Source of the DNA: Brevibacterium luteolum
Lineage (GTDB): Bacteria > Actinomycetota > Actinomycetes > Actinomycetales > Brevibacteriaceae
Direction: 5' to 3'
Assembly: GCF_013004595.1 (NCBI RefSeq)
Contig: NZ_JABEMC010000008.1
Coordinates: 62,001-107,349, forward strand
DNA: 45,349 bases
Shown: positions 26,760 through 37,758 of the stretch, one piece after another
Layout of the letters: every line of letters begins with the position of its first letter
Numbering within the stretch: the first letter of the stretch is position 1
Position numbers and translations under genes: made by a program
Notes under the pieces: generated by a model
The model's input: the letters and a program-made list of their open reading frames with translations, nothing else
Told to the model about the DNA's origin: nothing
Database searches by the model: none

Positions 26760-26902
26760 GAGACGTCCGAGTGTCGGAGCGCACATCAGCGGCATCGGGT
26801 TCATAGATTGGAACCAGTTGGCTGACACCAACCCGGAGTGTTCGACTCGTCGGGGAAGGATTGAGCTGGGGCACTTCGGCACACGATGCATAGGGGAGCC
26901 CC

Positions 26903-28210
26903 ATGGCCGAGATAAGCGACACCCACACGTACGTGCTCGACACGTCGGTCCTGCTGTCTGACCCGCACGCAATGATGCGGTTCGCCGAGCACGAGGTGGT
27001 GATTCCGCTCATCGTCGTCAGCGAGCTCGAGGCCAAGCGCCATCACCCCGAACTCGGTGTCACTGCCCGGCGCGCGCTCAGCGTCCTCGATGAGCTGCGC
27101 GAGGACTTCGGGCGCCTCGACGAACCGCTGCCGATCGGCGATGACGGCGGATCGATCCGGGTCGAGCTCAACCACATCGACGCCTCGACGATGCCGGTGG
27201 GCTTCGACCGCACCGAGAACGACACCCGCATCCTCGCCGTCGCCCGGAACCTGCAGGCCGAAGGCGATGACGTCATCGTCATCACCAAGGACGTGCCGAT
27301 GCGCGTCAAAGCCGCAGCGGTCGGGCTCAAGACCGAGGAGTACCTTGCCGAGCAGGCCACCGAATCCGGGTTCACCGGGCTGAGCACGCTCGATCTTGAC
27401 GAAGCGCAGATGAACGAGCTGTTCGACTCCGGCGTCGTGCACACCGACGCGGTCGCCGACGAGATCGTCAACACCGGGCTTGTCATCTCCTCACCGCGCG
27501 GATCCGGGCTCGGGCGGGTCTCTGCGCCGAACACCGTCAAGCTCGTCCGCGGTGACCGCGATGCCTTCGGTCTGCACGGCCGTTCGGCTGAGCAGCGCAT
27601 CGCCTTGGACATGCTGCTTGACCCCGATGTCGGGATCGTGTCGCTGGGCGGCCGGGCCGGGACGGGCAAGTCGGCGATGGCGCTCATGGCCGGTCTGCAG
27701 TCGGTGATGGAGGAGCGCACGCATAAGAAGATCATGGTCTTCAGGCCGCTGTATGCCGTCGGCGGGCAGAACCTCGGCTACCTGCCCGGCGCCGAGGCGG
27801 AGAAGATGAATCCGTGGGCCGAGGCGGTCTTCGACACGCTCGGGGCGCTTGTCTCCAAGCACGTCATCGACGAGGTCATCGACCGCGGCATGCTGGAGAT
27901 CCTGCCGCTGACGCACATCCGCGGCCGGTCGCTGCACGACGCATTCGTCATCGTCGATGAGGCGCAGTCGCTGGAGCGCACGGTGCTGCTGACCGTGCTC
28001 TCACGCATCGGGCAGAACTCCCGTGTCGTCCTCACCCACGACGTCGCCCAGCGCGACAACCTGCGCGTCGGCCGCCATGACGGCATCGCCGCAGTCATCG
28101 AGCAGCTCAAGGGCCACCCGCTCTTCGGCCACATCACGCTCACCCGCGCTGAGCGCTCGGCGATCGCCGACCTCGTCACCGGAGTCCTGGAGGACTCCTA
28201 CGTCGCCTGA
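26903..28210 (+). CDS. phoH2: PIN-PhoH protein (PhoH2)
   Basis: PIN motif YVLDTSVLL; Walker [22 protein letters not shown]. Confidence 0.93.
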   Translation: MAEISDTHTYVLDTSVLLSDPHAMMRFAEHEVVIPLIVVSELEAKRHHPELGVTARRALSVLDELREDFGRLDEPLPIGDDGGSIRVELNHIDASTMPVGFDRTENDTRILAVARNLQAEGDDVIVITKDVPMRVKAAAVGLKTEEYLAEQATESGFTGLSTLDLDEAQMNELFDSGVVHTDAVADEIVNTGLVISSPRGSGLGRVSAPNTVKLVRGDRDAFGLHGRSAEQRIALDMLLDPDVGIVSLGGRAGTGKSAMALMAGLQSVMEERTHKKIMVFRPLYAVGGQNLGYLPGAEAEKMNPWAEAVFDTLGALVSKHVIDEVIDRGMLEILPLTHIRGRSLHDAFVIVDEAQSLERTVLLTVLSRIGQNSRVVLTHDVAQRDNLRVGRHDGIAAVIEQLKGHPLFGHITLTRAERSAIADLVTGVLEDSYVA

Positions 28211-28222
28211 GCGACACACCCG

Positions 28223-28275
28223 AACGCGAGGGCCCGTCTCCTACCGCTGATTGCGGTGGAAGACGGGCCCGCGTT
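28223..28275. terminator. Hairpin between convergent phoH2 and fumC
   Basis: aacgcg-a-gggcccgtct ... agacgggccc-gcgtt with inner taccgc/gcggtg stem. Confidence 0.7.
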
Positions 28276-28302
28276 TGTGTCAGGTGGATGCGGGTTCCCG
28301 GC

Positions 28303-29706
28303 TCAGGTGTAGGAGCCGATCATCGTCGAGACGTCAAGCGCCTTGTCGAGGTCCTCTTCGCTGATCGAACCGTCCTTGACGAAGCCGAGGTCGATGGTGG
28401 CCTCCTTGACGGTCATCTTGTTGGCCACGGCGTGCTTGGCGATCTTGGCGGCGGCCTCGTAGCCGATGACCTTGTTCAGCGGGGTCACGATCGACGGGGA
28501 GGCCTCGGCGAGGAACCGGCAGCGCTCTTCGTTGGCGGTCAGCCCGTCGATCATCTTCTCGGCCATGACGGTCGAGATGTTGGCGATGAGGCGGATCGAC
28601 TCGAGCAGGTTGGCGGCCATGACCGGGATGCCGACGTTGAGCTCGAAGGCACCGTTGGTGCTCGACAGGGCAACGGTCGTGTCGTTGCCGATGACCTGGG
28701 CCATCGCCTGGATCGCGGCTTCGCAGATGACCGGGTTGACCTTGCCGGGCATGATCGACGAACCGGGCTGCAGGTCCGGGATGTGCAGCTCGCCCAGGCC
28801 GGTGTTCGGCCCCGAGCCCATCCAGCGCAGATCGTTGTTGATCTTCATGTAGGAGTAGGCGATCGTGCGCAGCTGACCGGAGACCTCGACGAGCCCGTCG
28901 CGGTTGGCCTGGGCCTCGAAGTGGTTGCGCGCCTCGGTGATCGGCAGGCCGGTCTGCTCAGCCAGCAGCTCGACGACCCGCGAGGAGAACCCGTCGGGGG
29001 TGTTGATGCCAGTGCCCACGGCGGTGCCGCCCTGCGGGACCTCGGCCACGCGCGGCAGTGAGGCCTCGATGCGCTCGATGCCGTAGCGCACCTGCGCCGC
29101 ATAGCCGCCGAACTCCTGGCCCAGGGTCACCGGGGTGGCGTCCATGAGGTGGGTGCGGCCGGACTTGACGATGTCCTTGAACTCCTTCGCCTTGGCCTCG
29201 ATGCTCGCGGCGAGCTTCTCCATCGCCGGCTTGAGTTCGTGGACCAGAGCGGAGGTTACAGCGACGTGGACGGAGGTGGGGAAGACGTCGTTGGAGGACT
29301 GCGAGGCGTTGACGTGGTCGTTGGGGTGGACCTCGACCCCGTCGCCCTTGAGCGCATTCGTCGCCAGGGTGGCGAGCACCTCGTTGGTGTTCATGTTCGA
29401 TGAGGTGCCCGAACCGGTCTGGAACACGTCGATGGGGAAGTGGTCGTCATGGTCGCCTGCGATGACCTCATCGGCAGCGGCCTGGATGGCCTTCGAGCGG
29501 GTCGCGTCGAGGACGTCGAGCTCCTCGTTGGCGCGCGCGGCGGCCTTCTTCACCTGCGCCAGGGCGGCGATGTGCTGGCGCTCAAGCGTCTTGCCCGAGA
29601 TCGGGAAGTTCTCCACTGCCCGCTGGGTCTGGGCGCGGTAGAGGGCGTCGGCGGGAACCTTGACCTCACCCATGGTGTCGTGTTCGATGCGGAACTCTTG
29701 TGCCAT
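28303..29706 (-). CDS. fumC: Class II fumarate hydratase
   Basis: [46 protein letters not shown] before ATG 29706. Confidence 0.96.
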   Translation of the reverse strand: MAQEFRIEHDTMGEVKVPADALYRAQTQRAVENFPISGKTLERQHIAALAQVKKAAARANEELDVLDATRSKAIQAAADEVIAGDHDDHFPIDVFQTGSGTSSNMNTNEVLATLATNALKGDGVEVHPNDHVNASQSSNDVFPTSVHVAVTSALVHELKPAMEKLAASIEAKAKEFKDIVKSGRTHLMDATPVTLGQEFGGYAAQVRYGIERIEASLPRVAEVPQGGTAVGTGINTPDGFSSRVVELLAEQTGLPITEARNHFEAQANRDGLVEVSGQLRTIAYSYMKINNDLRWMGSGPNTGLGELHIPDLQPGSSIMPGKVNPVICEAAIQAMAQVIGNDTTVALSSTNGAFELNVGIPVMAANLLESIRLIANISTVMAEKMIDGLTANEERCRFLAEASPSIVTPLNKVIGYEAAAKIAKHAVANKMTVKEATIDLGFVKDGSISEEDLDKALDVSTMIGSYT

Positions 29707-29803
29707 CGTGTCTCCTTGTCTCATGTGCGCCCCTGGGCGGGGCTGGTCGGCCGTTCCCGAGGCGGTGGGCGCCCGGGCGGCGGCAGGTGCAGAATGCTGG
29801 CGG

Positions 29804-30469
29804 TTACTGGTTGTCGGCGTGGGCAGGGTCGGCGCGCGGGATGCGCGGGGGATGGGACCCCATGCGGCTGACGACTTTCACCCGTCCGTCGGCGAGGTGG
29901 TAGGTCAGGCCGAGCATGACGAGCCGGCCCTCTTCGACGGCGGTGCGCAGGATCGCCGAGCGCTGGTAGAGGCGCTTGACGGTGTCGACGGTGTTCTGCG
30001 CAACCGTGCTGTTGACGTCGGTGCGCCCGGCCGCGCGGGCGTGGACGACGGCGGGCAGCAGGCGGGCGACGACATCGGAGATGAACCCGTCTGGGGTCTG
30101 CCCTGAGTCGAAGGACTCGATCGTGGCGGTGATCGCCCCGCAGTTGTCGTGACCGAGTACGACGAGCAGGGGAGTGCCGAGGACTTCGACGCCGTATTCG
30201 AGGCTGCCGAGGGTGACCGAGTCGGTGACCTGGCCGGCGGTGCGCACGACGAACATGTCGCCGAGACCGACGTCGAAGATCATCTCGGCGGCCACACGCG
30301 AGTCCGAGCACCCGAACAGGGTGGCGAACGGCGCCTGGGCGGTCTTGAGGTCCTCACGGCGCACAACGTCCTGATTCGGGTGCTGCGGGGTGCCGGCAAC
30401 GAAGCGCTCGTTGCCGTCCATGAGTCTGAGGAACGCGGCGGCCGGTGAGTTGTATTCGCTCTGGGGCAT
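29804..30469 (-). CDS. Beta carbonic anhydrase
   Basis: [19 protein letters not shown] zinc ligands. Confidence 0.93.
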   Translation of the reverse strand: MPQSEYNSPAAAFLRLMDGNERFVAGTPQHPNQDVVRREDLKTAQAPFATLFGCSDSRVAAEMIFDVGLGDMFVVRTAGQVTDSVTLGSLEYGVEVLGTPLLVVLGHDNCGAITATIESFDSGQTPDGFISDVVARLLPAVVHARAAGRTDVNSTVAQNTVDTVKRLYQRSAILRTAVEEGRLVMLGLTYHLADGRVKVVSRMGSHPPRIPRADPAHADNQ

Positions 30470-31596
30470 CAGACCAGCCCCCGGCGTGCTGCCTCTTCGG
30501 CGGCCTCCACGTAGGAGTCCATCTTCGCCATCTTGTGCTCGGCGTTGACGGTGCGCACGGTGCCGGAGCGTGAGCGCATGACGAGTGAGTGGGTCAGCAC
30601 GTGCTGGCCGGTGTAGCGCACACCGTCGAGCAGGTCGCCTTCGGTGATGCCGGTGGCGACGAAGTAGGTGTTGTCACCGGTGACGAGCTCGTCGGTGTTG
30701 AGCACCGCATCGGGGTCGAGGCCGGCGGCGACGGCGTTCTGCCGCTCCTGTTCGGACTGCGGCCACAGGCGGCCCTGGATGACACCTCCCATCGCCTTGA
30801 TCGCACACGCGGTGATGATGCCCTCGGGGGTGCCGCCGATGCCCATGAGCATGTCGATGCCGGTGCCCGGGCGGGAGGCGGCGATGGCGCCGGCGACGTC
30901 GCCGTCGCTGATGAGGCGGATGCGCGCGCCTGCCTGGCGGACCTCTTCGATGAGGCGCTCGTGGCGGGGCCGGTCGAGGATGACGACGGTGACCGAGGAG
31001 TTGTCCTTGCCTTTGCCCTTGGCCTTGGCCACACGGCGGATGTTCTCGGCCACCGGCAGGCGCAGGTCAACGAAGTCAGCGGCCTCAGGTCCGGTGACGA
31101 GCTTCTCCATGTAGAAGACGGCAGACGGGTCGTACATGGCTCCGCCTTCGCTGACGGCCATGACGGAGATGGCATTCGGCATGCCCTTGGCGGTCAGGGT
31201 GGTGCCGTCGATCGGGTCGACGGCGACATCGACGCGCGGCCCCCGGCCGCTGCCGACGGGTTCGCCGTTGTAGAGCATCGGCGCTTCGTCCTTCTCGCCC
31301 TCGCCGATGACGACGGTGCCGGTCATCGAGACGGTGGAGATGACATTGCGCATCGCGGCCACGGCTGCACCGTCGGCTGCGTTCTTGTCCCCGCGGCCCA
31401 CCCACGGGGCGGCAGCGAGAGCGGCTGCCTCGGTGACGCGGACGAGCTCAAGGGCGAGGTTGCGGTCGGGGCCGCCCTCATCCTGCTGGAGCCGGCGGGA
31501 CCATTCATCGGTCACAGCCACCGGCGGGGTCTCTGCCCGGCCTCCGGAGTGGTGGGCTTTTTCCTCTGTCGGATTCTCAGACGGGGTCTCAGTCAT
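30469..31596 (-). CDS. glpX: Class II fructose-1,6-bisphosphatase
   Basis: [37 protein letters not shown]. Confidence 0.96.
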   Translation of the reverse strand: MTETPSENPTEEKAHHSGGRAETPPVAVTDEWSRRLQQDEGGPDRNLALELVRVTEAAALAAAPWVGRGDKNAADGAAVAAMRNVISTVSMTGTVVIGEGEKDEAPMLYNGEPVGSGRGPRVDVAVDPIDGTTLTAKGMPNAISVMAVSEGGAMYDPSAVFYMEKLVTGPEAADFVDLRLPVAENIRRVAKAKGKGKDNSSVTVVILDRPRHERLIEEVRQAGARIRLISDGDVAGAIAASRPGTGIDMLMGIGGTPEGIITACAIKAMGGVIQGRLWPQSEQERQNAVAAGLDPDAVLNTDELVTGDNTYFVATGITEGDLLDGVRYTGQHVLTHSLVMRSRSGTVRTVNAEHKMAKMDSYVEAAEEAARRGLV

Positions 31597-31724
31597 GTCT
31601 TCATTGTGCCATTAGTGGCCGCGCACAGAAGGCGCGGGTAACGGGCTGTCTGCGGTTTTGTCCCCGGGCGCGGGCCGGGGGACAATGGATCGGCTGACAA
31701 TCGTGTTCGACATCAGGTGAGGCA

Positions 31725-32300
31725 GTGACACAGCAACAGACGCAACCACCCCGCAGCGAGAACGTCCGGGCTCTCAAGCTCAGTTCGAACTGGGTCAATA
31801 TGGTCATTGCGCTCGGGGCCTGCCTCGCCGTCGTTCTCATCGGCCTGGCATTCGTGCCCGAGCCCAAAGAGGGTCAGTTCGAACGCGAAGTCGACTACGA
31901 GACGATCGCCGAATCGGTCAAGACTCGTGCTGAGTTCCCTGTCGTCGTGCCGAAGCTGCCAGAGGGCTGGGTGGCCAATGAGGCGATGTTCAAGCCGATG
32001 GGTGCACCTGCCTATGACACCTGGTACCTCTCCTCGGTCGGACCGCAGCGGGGCTGGATGACCCTGCGCCAGGCCGATGGCGACGAGCGCTGGGTGGAAT
32101 CAGAGCTCGATGACTTCGTCGAGGTCAGCACCAATGACATCGACGGTGTCACCTTCACCTCCTATGACGGGTCTGACGGCAAGCAGGCGATGGTCGGCCA
32201 GCTCGATGGCAGCACCGCGGTGCTCATCGGCCGTGCCGATCCGCAGACGTATGAGTTCTTCGCCAAGCAGGCCGTCGAACAGGCCGGCAAGCAGGGCTGA
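31725..32300 (+). CDS. DUF4245-like membrane-anchored protein
   Basis: NMVIAL plus TM helix; P.LPEGW.AN; usual position between glpX and xseB. Confidence 0.75.
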   Translation: MTQQQTQPPRSENVRALKLSSNWVNMVIALGACLAVVLIGLAFVPEPKEGQFEREVDYETIAESVKTRAEFPVVVPKLPEGWVANEAMFKPMGAPAYDTWYLSSVGPQRGWMTLRQADGDERWVESELDDFVEVSTNDIDGVTFTSYDGSDGKQAMVGQLDGSTAVLIGRADPQTYEFFAKQAVEQAGKQG

Positions 32301-32341
32301 CTTACCCAGACCAGTCCGGGATCTTCCCGAGCAGCCGGGGC

Positions 32342-32599
32342 TTATTCCTCGGCTTTCTCCTCACGGGCGGCCTGTGCCTGCTCCAGCTTCTTGCGGGCTC
32401 CATCGAGCCACGCCTGGCAGTGATCGGCCAGCGCTTCTCCGCGCTCCCACAGTCGCAGCGACTCCTCCAGCGGCAGGTTTCCCGCTTCCAGTGAGCGCAC
32501 CGTGGTGACGAGCTCTTCGCGCGCCTGCTCATAGGACAGCCCGGAAACGTCGAGGTGCTCGGCGGTGGCCTCTGCGGTGGTCGTCTTCTTCTCTGCCAT
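32342..32599 (-). CDS. xseB: Exodeoxyribonuclease VII small subunit
   Basis: LSYEQAREEL...LE.G..PLEESL.LWERG. Confidence 0.95.
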   Translation of the reverse strand: MAEKKTTTAEATAEHLDVSGLSYEQAREELVTTVRSLEAGNLPLEESLRLWERGEALADHCQAWLDGARKKLEQAQAAREEKAEE

Positions 32600-32657
32600 T
32601 GCGGTCCTTTCAGGATGCTTCGTCAGTCAGGGTGCGGTCTGCCGCACGAGGGTCATC

Positions 32658-33962
32658 TCAGTCGAGGGTGTCGGGTCCGGGTGCGTCTGCGTGGATGGTG
32701 GTGACATCGGCGTCGAAGCGGCCGCGGGCCAGGCGCACATGGACGCCGTCGCCGGTGGATAGCTCAGCGGCATCACGCACAGCCGAACCGTCTGCGGTCT
32801 GCACGACGGCGTAGCCGCGCTCCAGGGTGCTCAAAGGTGAGAGCGCGCGCACCTGGGCGCGCAGGTGCTCGACTTGGGCGGCGCCATGGGTCAGGGCGCT
32901 GCGCTGGGCCTGCCGGGCGCGGGTGATGAGGGCCGTGAGCTCCTCCTCACGCGCACTCACCATCGTCATCGGCTGGGCCATGACCGGCCGGGAGCGGACA
33001 CTGTCGAGCCCTGCCTGCTCGCTGCGCAGCAGGCGGTCGAGCGCGCCGTCGAGGCTGGCGCGCGCCTGGAGTAAGTCCATGCGCTCTTCGTGGATATCGG
33101 GCACCAGGCGCTTGGCCGCGTCGGTCGGGGTGGAGGCGCGCAGATCGGCGACATCGTCGAGGATCGGCCGGTCGGCCTCATGCCCGATCGCGGAGACCAC
33201 TGGGGTGCGGGCGGCGAACACGGCGCGGATGAGCGACTCGTTCGAAAACGGCAGCAGATCCTCCAGGCTGCCGCCGCCGCGGGCGATGACGATGACATCG
33301 ACAGCCGGGTCGGCATCGAGCTCAGCCAGGGCGGCACGCACCTGCGGGACCGCGTCCGGGCCCTGGACTGCGGTGTTGCGGATCTCGAACTCGGCAGCCG
33401 GCCAGCGCAGGTGGGCGTTGCGTACCACGTCCTTCTCCGCATCGGAATTGCGGCCGGTGATGAGCCCGATCCGGTTCGGCAGGAACGGCAACGGCTGCTT
33501 GAGGTCCGGGTCGAAGAGCCCCTCCTCAGCCAGGGTGCGGCGCAGCTTCTCCAGCCGGGCGAGCAGCTCACCGAGGCCGACGGGCCTGATGTCATTGGCG
33601 CGCATCATCATCCGTCCGGCCTTGAGCCAGAAGTCGGCCTTGACGTTGACGACGACGCGCGAGCCCTCGCTCAGGGGTGTCTCGACCCGGTCGAGGACGT
33701 TGCTGAACACCTGGACCGGCAGCGACATCTCCTCATCGGTGTCGCGCAGGGTGAGGTAGCTGGCCTTGCCGCGGCGGTTGAACTCGATGACCTGCGCCTC
33801 GATCCACACCGCCGACATCCGGTCGATGTAGCTCTTGATGTTGCGGCTGAGCAGGCTGAGCGGCCACGGGTTGTCCGGGGTCGTCTCGGCTGCCTTGCGC
33901 GGCAGCTCCTCGATCGGTTTCTGGCCGAGGGTGCCGGGGGTGCCGCTGATCCGCTGTGCCAC
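32658..33962 (-). CDS. xseA: Exodeoxyribonuclease VII large subunit
   Basis: ARGGGSLEDL, SAIGHE, ASTPTDAA, TLERGY; GTG 33962 with GGAAGGAG upstream. Confidence 0.95.
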   Translation of the reverse strand: MAQRISGTPGTLGQKPIEELPRKAAETTPDNPWPLSLLSRNIKSYIDRMSAVWIEAQVIEFNRRGKASYLTLRDTDEEMSLPVQVFSNVLDRVETPLSEGSRVVVNVKADFWLKAGRMMMRANDIRPVGLGELLARLEKLRRTLAEEGLFDPDLKQPLPFLPNRIGLITGRNSDAEKDVVRNAHLRWPAAEFEIRNTAVQGPDAVPQVRAALAELDADPAVDVIVIARGGGSLEDLLPFSNESLIRAVFAARTPVVSAIGHEADRPILDDVADLRASTPTDAAKRLVPDIHEERMDLLQARASLDGALDRLLRSEQAGLDSVRSRPVMAQPMTMVSAREEELTALITRARQAQRSALTHGAAQVEHLRAQVRALSPLSTLERGYAVVQTADGSAVRDAAELSTGDGVHVRLARGRFDADVTTIHADAPGPDTLD

Positions 33963-34080
33963 GCCGGGACTCCTTCCATGTACTGCTGTGCAGTCTAACG
34001 GGAGGGACGGACACCGCCTCAGGTGAAGGGCAGTGCGGCCTTTGTGGTGGTGTTCAGCCAAGCCGCCTACCATGGGAGAC

Positions 34081-35160
34081 GTGACTACTGCAGTGAATCT
34101 CCCGGTCCCGTCCGTTCCTCGTGTGCGCAAGGATCCGTCTGAGATCCGCCAGCCGGCAGGCGAGAAGAAGGTGCTGCTGGCCGCCCCGCGCGGCTACTGC
34201 GCCGGCGTCGATCGCGCCGTCATCGCCGTCGAACGCGCCCTCGAGCACTACGGTGCCCCGATCTACGTGCGCAAGGAGATCGTGCACAACCGCCACGTCG
34301 TCGACACGCTCGCCGAACGCGGCGCGATCTTCGTTGACGAGACCTCCGAGGTGCCCGAGGGCGCGCGTGTCGTGTTCTCCGCTCACGGCGTGTCCCCGCA
34401 GGTCCACGCTGAGGCCGCCGAACGCAGCCTCGACACCATCGATGCGACCTGCCCACTGGTGACCAAGGTCCACCGCGAGGCGATCCGGTTCGCCCGCGAC
34501 GGCTACTCGATCCTGCTCGTCGGCCACGCCGGGCACGAAGAGGTCGAGGGCACGATGGGCGAGGCACCTGATCACATCACCCTCATCCAGAATCCCGAGG
34601 AGGCCCGCACCCTCGACATCCCGGAATCGGACAAGATGGTGTGGATCTCGCAGACCACGCTCAGCGTCGACGAGACGATGGAGACCGTCGACATCCTCAA
34701 GGAGCGCTTCCCGCAGCTCATCGCGCCCCCGAGCGACGACATCTGCTACGCCACCCAGAACCGCCAGGTCGCGGTCAAGAAGATCGCCCCGGACGCTGAC
34801 CTCGTCATCGTCGTCGGCTCGGCGAACTCCTCGAACTCCGTGCGTCTTGTCGAAGTCGCCCTCGAGCACGGCGCGAAGGCCGCCTACCGCGTCGACTTCG
34901 CCCGCGAGGTCGACGAGGAGTGGTTCAACGACGTCGCCACCGTCGGCGTCACCTCCGGCGCCTCGGTTCCGGAGACACTGGTCGAGGACGTGCTCAAGCT
35001 CCTGGCCGAATACGGCTACGGCGAGGTCGACGAGGTCCGCACCGCAGAGGAGGACCTGATGTTCTCGCTGCCGCGCGAGCTGCGCAAGGACCTCAAGGCC
35101 GCCGGACAGAAGACCTCGAACAAGCGCGACGGCGCTGACCGCCAGCACGAGATCGTCTGA
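34081..35160 (+). CDS. ispH: 4-hydroxy-3-methylbut-2-enyl diphosphate reductase
   Basis: [36 protein letters not shown]. Confidence 0.97.
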   Translation: MTTAVNLPVPSVPRVRKDPSEIRQPAGEKKVLLAAPRGYCAGVDRAVIAVERALEHYGAPIYVRKEIVHNRHVVDTLAERGAIFVDETSEVPEGARVVFSAHGVSPQVHAEAAERSLDTIDATCPLVTKVHREAIRFARDGYSILLVGHAGHEEVEGTMGEAPDHITLIQNPEEARTLDIPESDKMVWISQTTLSVDETMETVDILKERFPQLIAPPSDDICYATQNRQVAVKKIAPDADLVIVVGSANSSNSVRLVEVALEHGAKAAYRVDFAREVDEEWFNDVATVGVTSGASVPETLVEDVLKLLAEYGYGEVDEVRTAEEDLMFSLPRELRKDLKAAGQKTSNKRDGADRQHEIV

Positions 35161-35178
35161 CCCGTCTGCGCCCTCGGC

Positions 35179-36324
35179 TCAGCCGAGATAGCCCGGTGCG
35201 AAGATCCCCACGAGGATGAGCAGCGCACCGATGAACGCGAACACCGCCGCCGAGGCGGCCAGCCCCTTGGCAGGCTTCCGCTCGCCTCTGTCTGGGCGCA
35301 CCTGATCGACCTGCGTCGGTGCGAATCCCGGGGCGGGGCCGCTGCCGAGCACCGGAGCCGCGTGCGCTGCCTGCGCAGCGGGCTGACTGCCCGGCTGGCT
35401 GCCCGGCTGCGGTGGCCCACCTGAAGGGGAGCGCCGGAAGTCGACCTGCGTCGGATCGGCCTGGGGCACGAGAATGAGTGTGGGTGCCGGATCCTGGGGA
35501 AGGGCCGGTGAAGCGATCTCACGCTGCGGATGCCACGGCGTGCCATCAGCGAAATGGAACGGCCCGCGCAGACCCAGCCGGCTGAGTGCTGCCGCCGCGA
35601 TCTCCGGACTCGGCCGCTTGCGGGCATCAGCGGCAGTGAGGTCATCGAGCAGGTGGACGAGGCCCTGGGTGAGCGGATCAGCGCTGGCGCGCACCGCCTC
35701 GGCGACGGCGTCATCGTCCATCCCGAGCATCCGCTTGCCGATCTGCCCGGTCGCCCACACATCCTGAGCAGGGGAGATGTCCCCGCCCATCATGATCTCC
35801 GGGGCGACGAAGCCCGGCGTGCCGTGGACGATGCCCGACTGCGTCAGGCGCGGGGCGTTCGTGTCGACGGCGATGCCGAAGTCGGCGAGCAGCAGGTGCA
35901 GATCCGGCTGCTCAGCATCGATCATGATGTTCGCCGGTTTGATGTCACGGTGGATCCAGCCGGCGGCATGCACGGCGGTGAGTCCGTCGAGGATCTGGCG
36001 GACCGCCTCGGCCGTGGCTGCAGCTGAGAACCGGCGCCCCGAGCGCAGGATGTCAGCCAGCGTCCCGCCGGTCACCAGCGGCATCGCGATGACGACGTGG
36101 GCATCCTCAGCCGCCCACGCATACGGGGCGAGCACGTGCGGATGATTCAGGCGCACCGTGTTCTCGCGCACGAAGCGCAGCAGGTCACCCGAATCGCGCT
36201 GGCGCAGCACCTTGGCCGCGCACAGATTGCCGAAGCGCTCATCGCGGGCGATCCACACAGTGCCCGAACCACCGCTGGCGATGGGATCGAGCAGCGTGAA
36301 CCGGCCTGCGATAGTGTCACTCAT
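35179..36324 (-). CDS. Hanks-type Ser/Thr protein kinase with C-terminal TM helix
   Basis: SGGSGTV, AAK, HRDIKPAN, DFG, GTPGFVAPE, DVW. Confidence 0.93.
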   Translation of the reverse strand: MSDTIAGRFTLLDPIASGGSGTVWIARDERFGNLCAAKVLRQRDSGDLLRFVRENTVRLNHPHVLAPYAWAAEDAHVVIAMPLVTGGTLADILRSGRRFSAAATAEAVRQILDGLTAVHAAGWIHRDIKPANIMIDAEQPDLHLLLADFGIAVDTNAPRLTQSGIVHGTPGFVAPEIMMGGDISPAQDVWATGQIGKRMLGMDDDAVAEAVRASADPLTQGLVHLLDDLTAADARKRPSPEIAAAALSRLGLRGPFHFADGTPWHPQREIASPALPQDPAPTLILVPQADPTQVDFRRSPSGGPPQPGSQPGSQPAAQAAHAAPVLGSGPAPGFAPTQVDQVRPDRGERKPAKGLAASAAVFAFIGALLILVGIFAPGYLG

Positions 36325-36428
36325 GGTGCCTACTGTAGCCAGAACCCGGCCGGCCAGTCGTGTCCTGCTCAGGGCGCCAGCTGAGACGACGGACACCTGC
36401 CGCCAGGAGCACCGAGTAGGGGACAGGC

Positions 36429-37754
36429 ATGACACGCGCACCGCTGGCACAGCGGCTGGCAGCAGGCATCGCCAGCGCCGGCCTCGTCGCCGTGCTCGCC
36501 CTGGCAGGCGGGACGACCCTGCCGGCCCCGGCGCTCGCCACTGAGCGTGGTGAGCCCGGCGGCACCGAGGTCACCGGCGGCAACAGTGTCGATGATGCCG
36601 CTGAGATCGAACCGGGCAGCTACGCCGATGAGATCAGCTACGAAGACGTGGACTTCGGGGAGAACCATCCGGCCAGCACCTACCGGATCAGCCTCGAAGA
36701 CGGCCAGTCCGGTTATGTGTCAGCGAGCATGCTCCGGCCCGAGGACGCAGGCAGCGACGCCTTCGGTGCTGCGGAGCTGGAGATCACGGTTGCCGCGCCG
36801 GCGGACCCGTCCTGCTCGGTCAGCCAGAGCAGCCGGGTCTCCGGCAATGAGACCGGCCCGGTGTCGGTGTCCATCAGCACTGGAGTGCTCGATGGCAACA
36901 ACCCCAACGACTCCTGCTTCCAGCGCGGCGGCAGCTTCATCGTCTCCGTCGCCTGGTCCGAGACCTATGACGGGCTGCCTCAGACCCTGCCGCTGGAGCT
37001 GCAGTACGTGCGCCAGGCAGCGACTGTTTGGTCGCAGCTGCCTGAACCCGAGGAGAATCCGGCGCTCGCTGAGTTCCTTCCCGAATCCCGCGGAGAGGCC
37101 GAAACGCTCAGTCCCGGCTGGAGCTTCAACACCGCCACCGAACTCACCGAAGCCGACGCCATCGTCGACGCCGAGGTCGGCCGGCCGCTGTTCTTCCGCG
37201 CCCCGCTGTCGACCGGCCAGCAGCTGAGCCTGCGCGCCCGCGCTGCCAGCCCGGCAGACCACACGCTCACCCTGCGGGTCTTCGACCCGAACCTGCGCCC
37301 GGTCGCAGTCGCCCGGCCCGGTGATGAAGGTGCACCAGCCTCGGATATGCCCGATACCAACGGCACCGGCACGGATGCCTCCATCTCGATCGCCGACAGC
37401 GGCGGCACGACTGCGCTCACGACCCGCTACCCGGTCAACCCGCGCCACGAGTTCGTCGAGTTCGACGACGCCAAGGCCTCCTCGATCGCAGGCGACTACT
37501 ACATTGTCGTCACCATCGAGCCACCCCTCATCGACGCCCCTGCCACGGGAACGCACCAGGTGCGCCTGTCCTGGGAGTCCCAAGGCGAGCCCTTCGACTC
37601 CGCGCCCGAGGTGGAAGGCGCCGGGGCAGCCCCGTCCTACCTGGGCATGGAGCTCGGGACGTGGGTGCGCATCGGCGGTCTGGGCCTGGGTTCGGTGTTC
37701 CTCGCGATCGCCGGGCTGCTTGCGATTCTGGCCATCCGCCGCGCCCGTCGCTGA
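36429..37754 (+). CDS. Exported protein with signal peptide and C-terminal membrane anchor
   Basis: N-terminal hydrophobic signal ending ALA; acidic beta-rich body; C-terminal TM followed by RRARR. Confidence 0.75.
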   Translation: MTRAPLAQRLAAGIASAGLVAVLALAGGTTLPAPALATERGEPGGTEVTGGNSVDDAAEIEPGSYADEISYEDVDFGENHPASTYRISLEDGQSGYVSASMLRPEDAGSDAFGAAELEITVAAPADPSCSVSQSSRVSGNETGPVSVSISTGVLDGNNPNDSCFQRGGSFIVSVAWSETYDGLPQTLPLELQYVRQAATVWSQLPEPEENPALAEFLPESRGEAETLSPGWSFNTATELTEADAIVDAEVGRPLFFRAPLSTGQQLSLRARAASPADHTLTLRVFDPNLRPVAVARPGDEGAPASDMPDTNGTGTDASISIADSGGTTALTTRYPVNPRHEFVEFDDAKASSIAGDYYIVVTIEPPLIDAPATGTHQVRLSWESQGEPFDSAPEVEGAGAAPSYLGMELGTWVRIGGLGLGSVFLAIAGLLAILAIRRARR

Positions 37755-37758
37755 CCTG

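Noticed and set aside
26903..28210. PIN domain as the toxin of a TA pair
   Set aside because: No credible upstream antitoxin ORF is visible, and PIN-PhoH fusions are common core genes.
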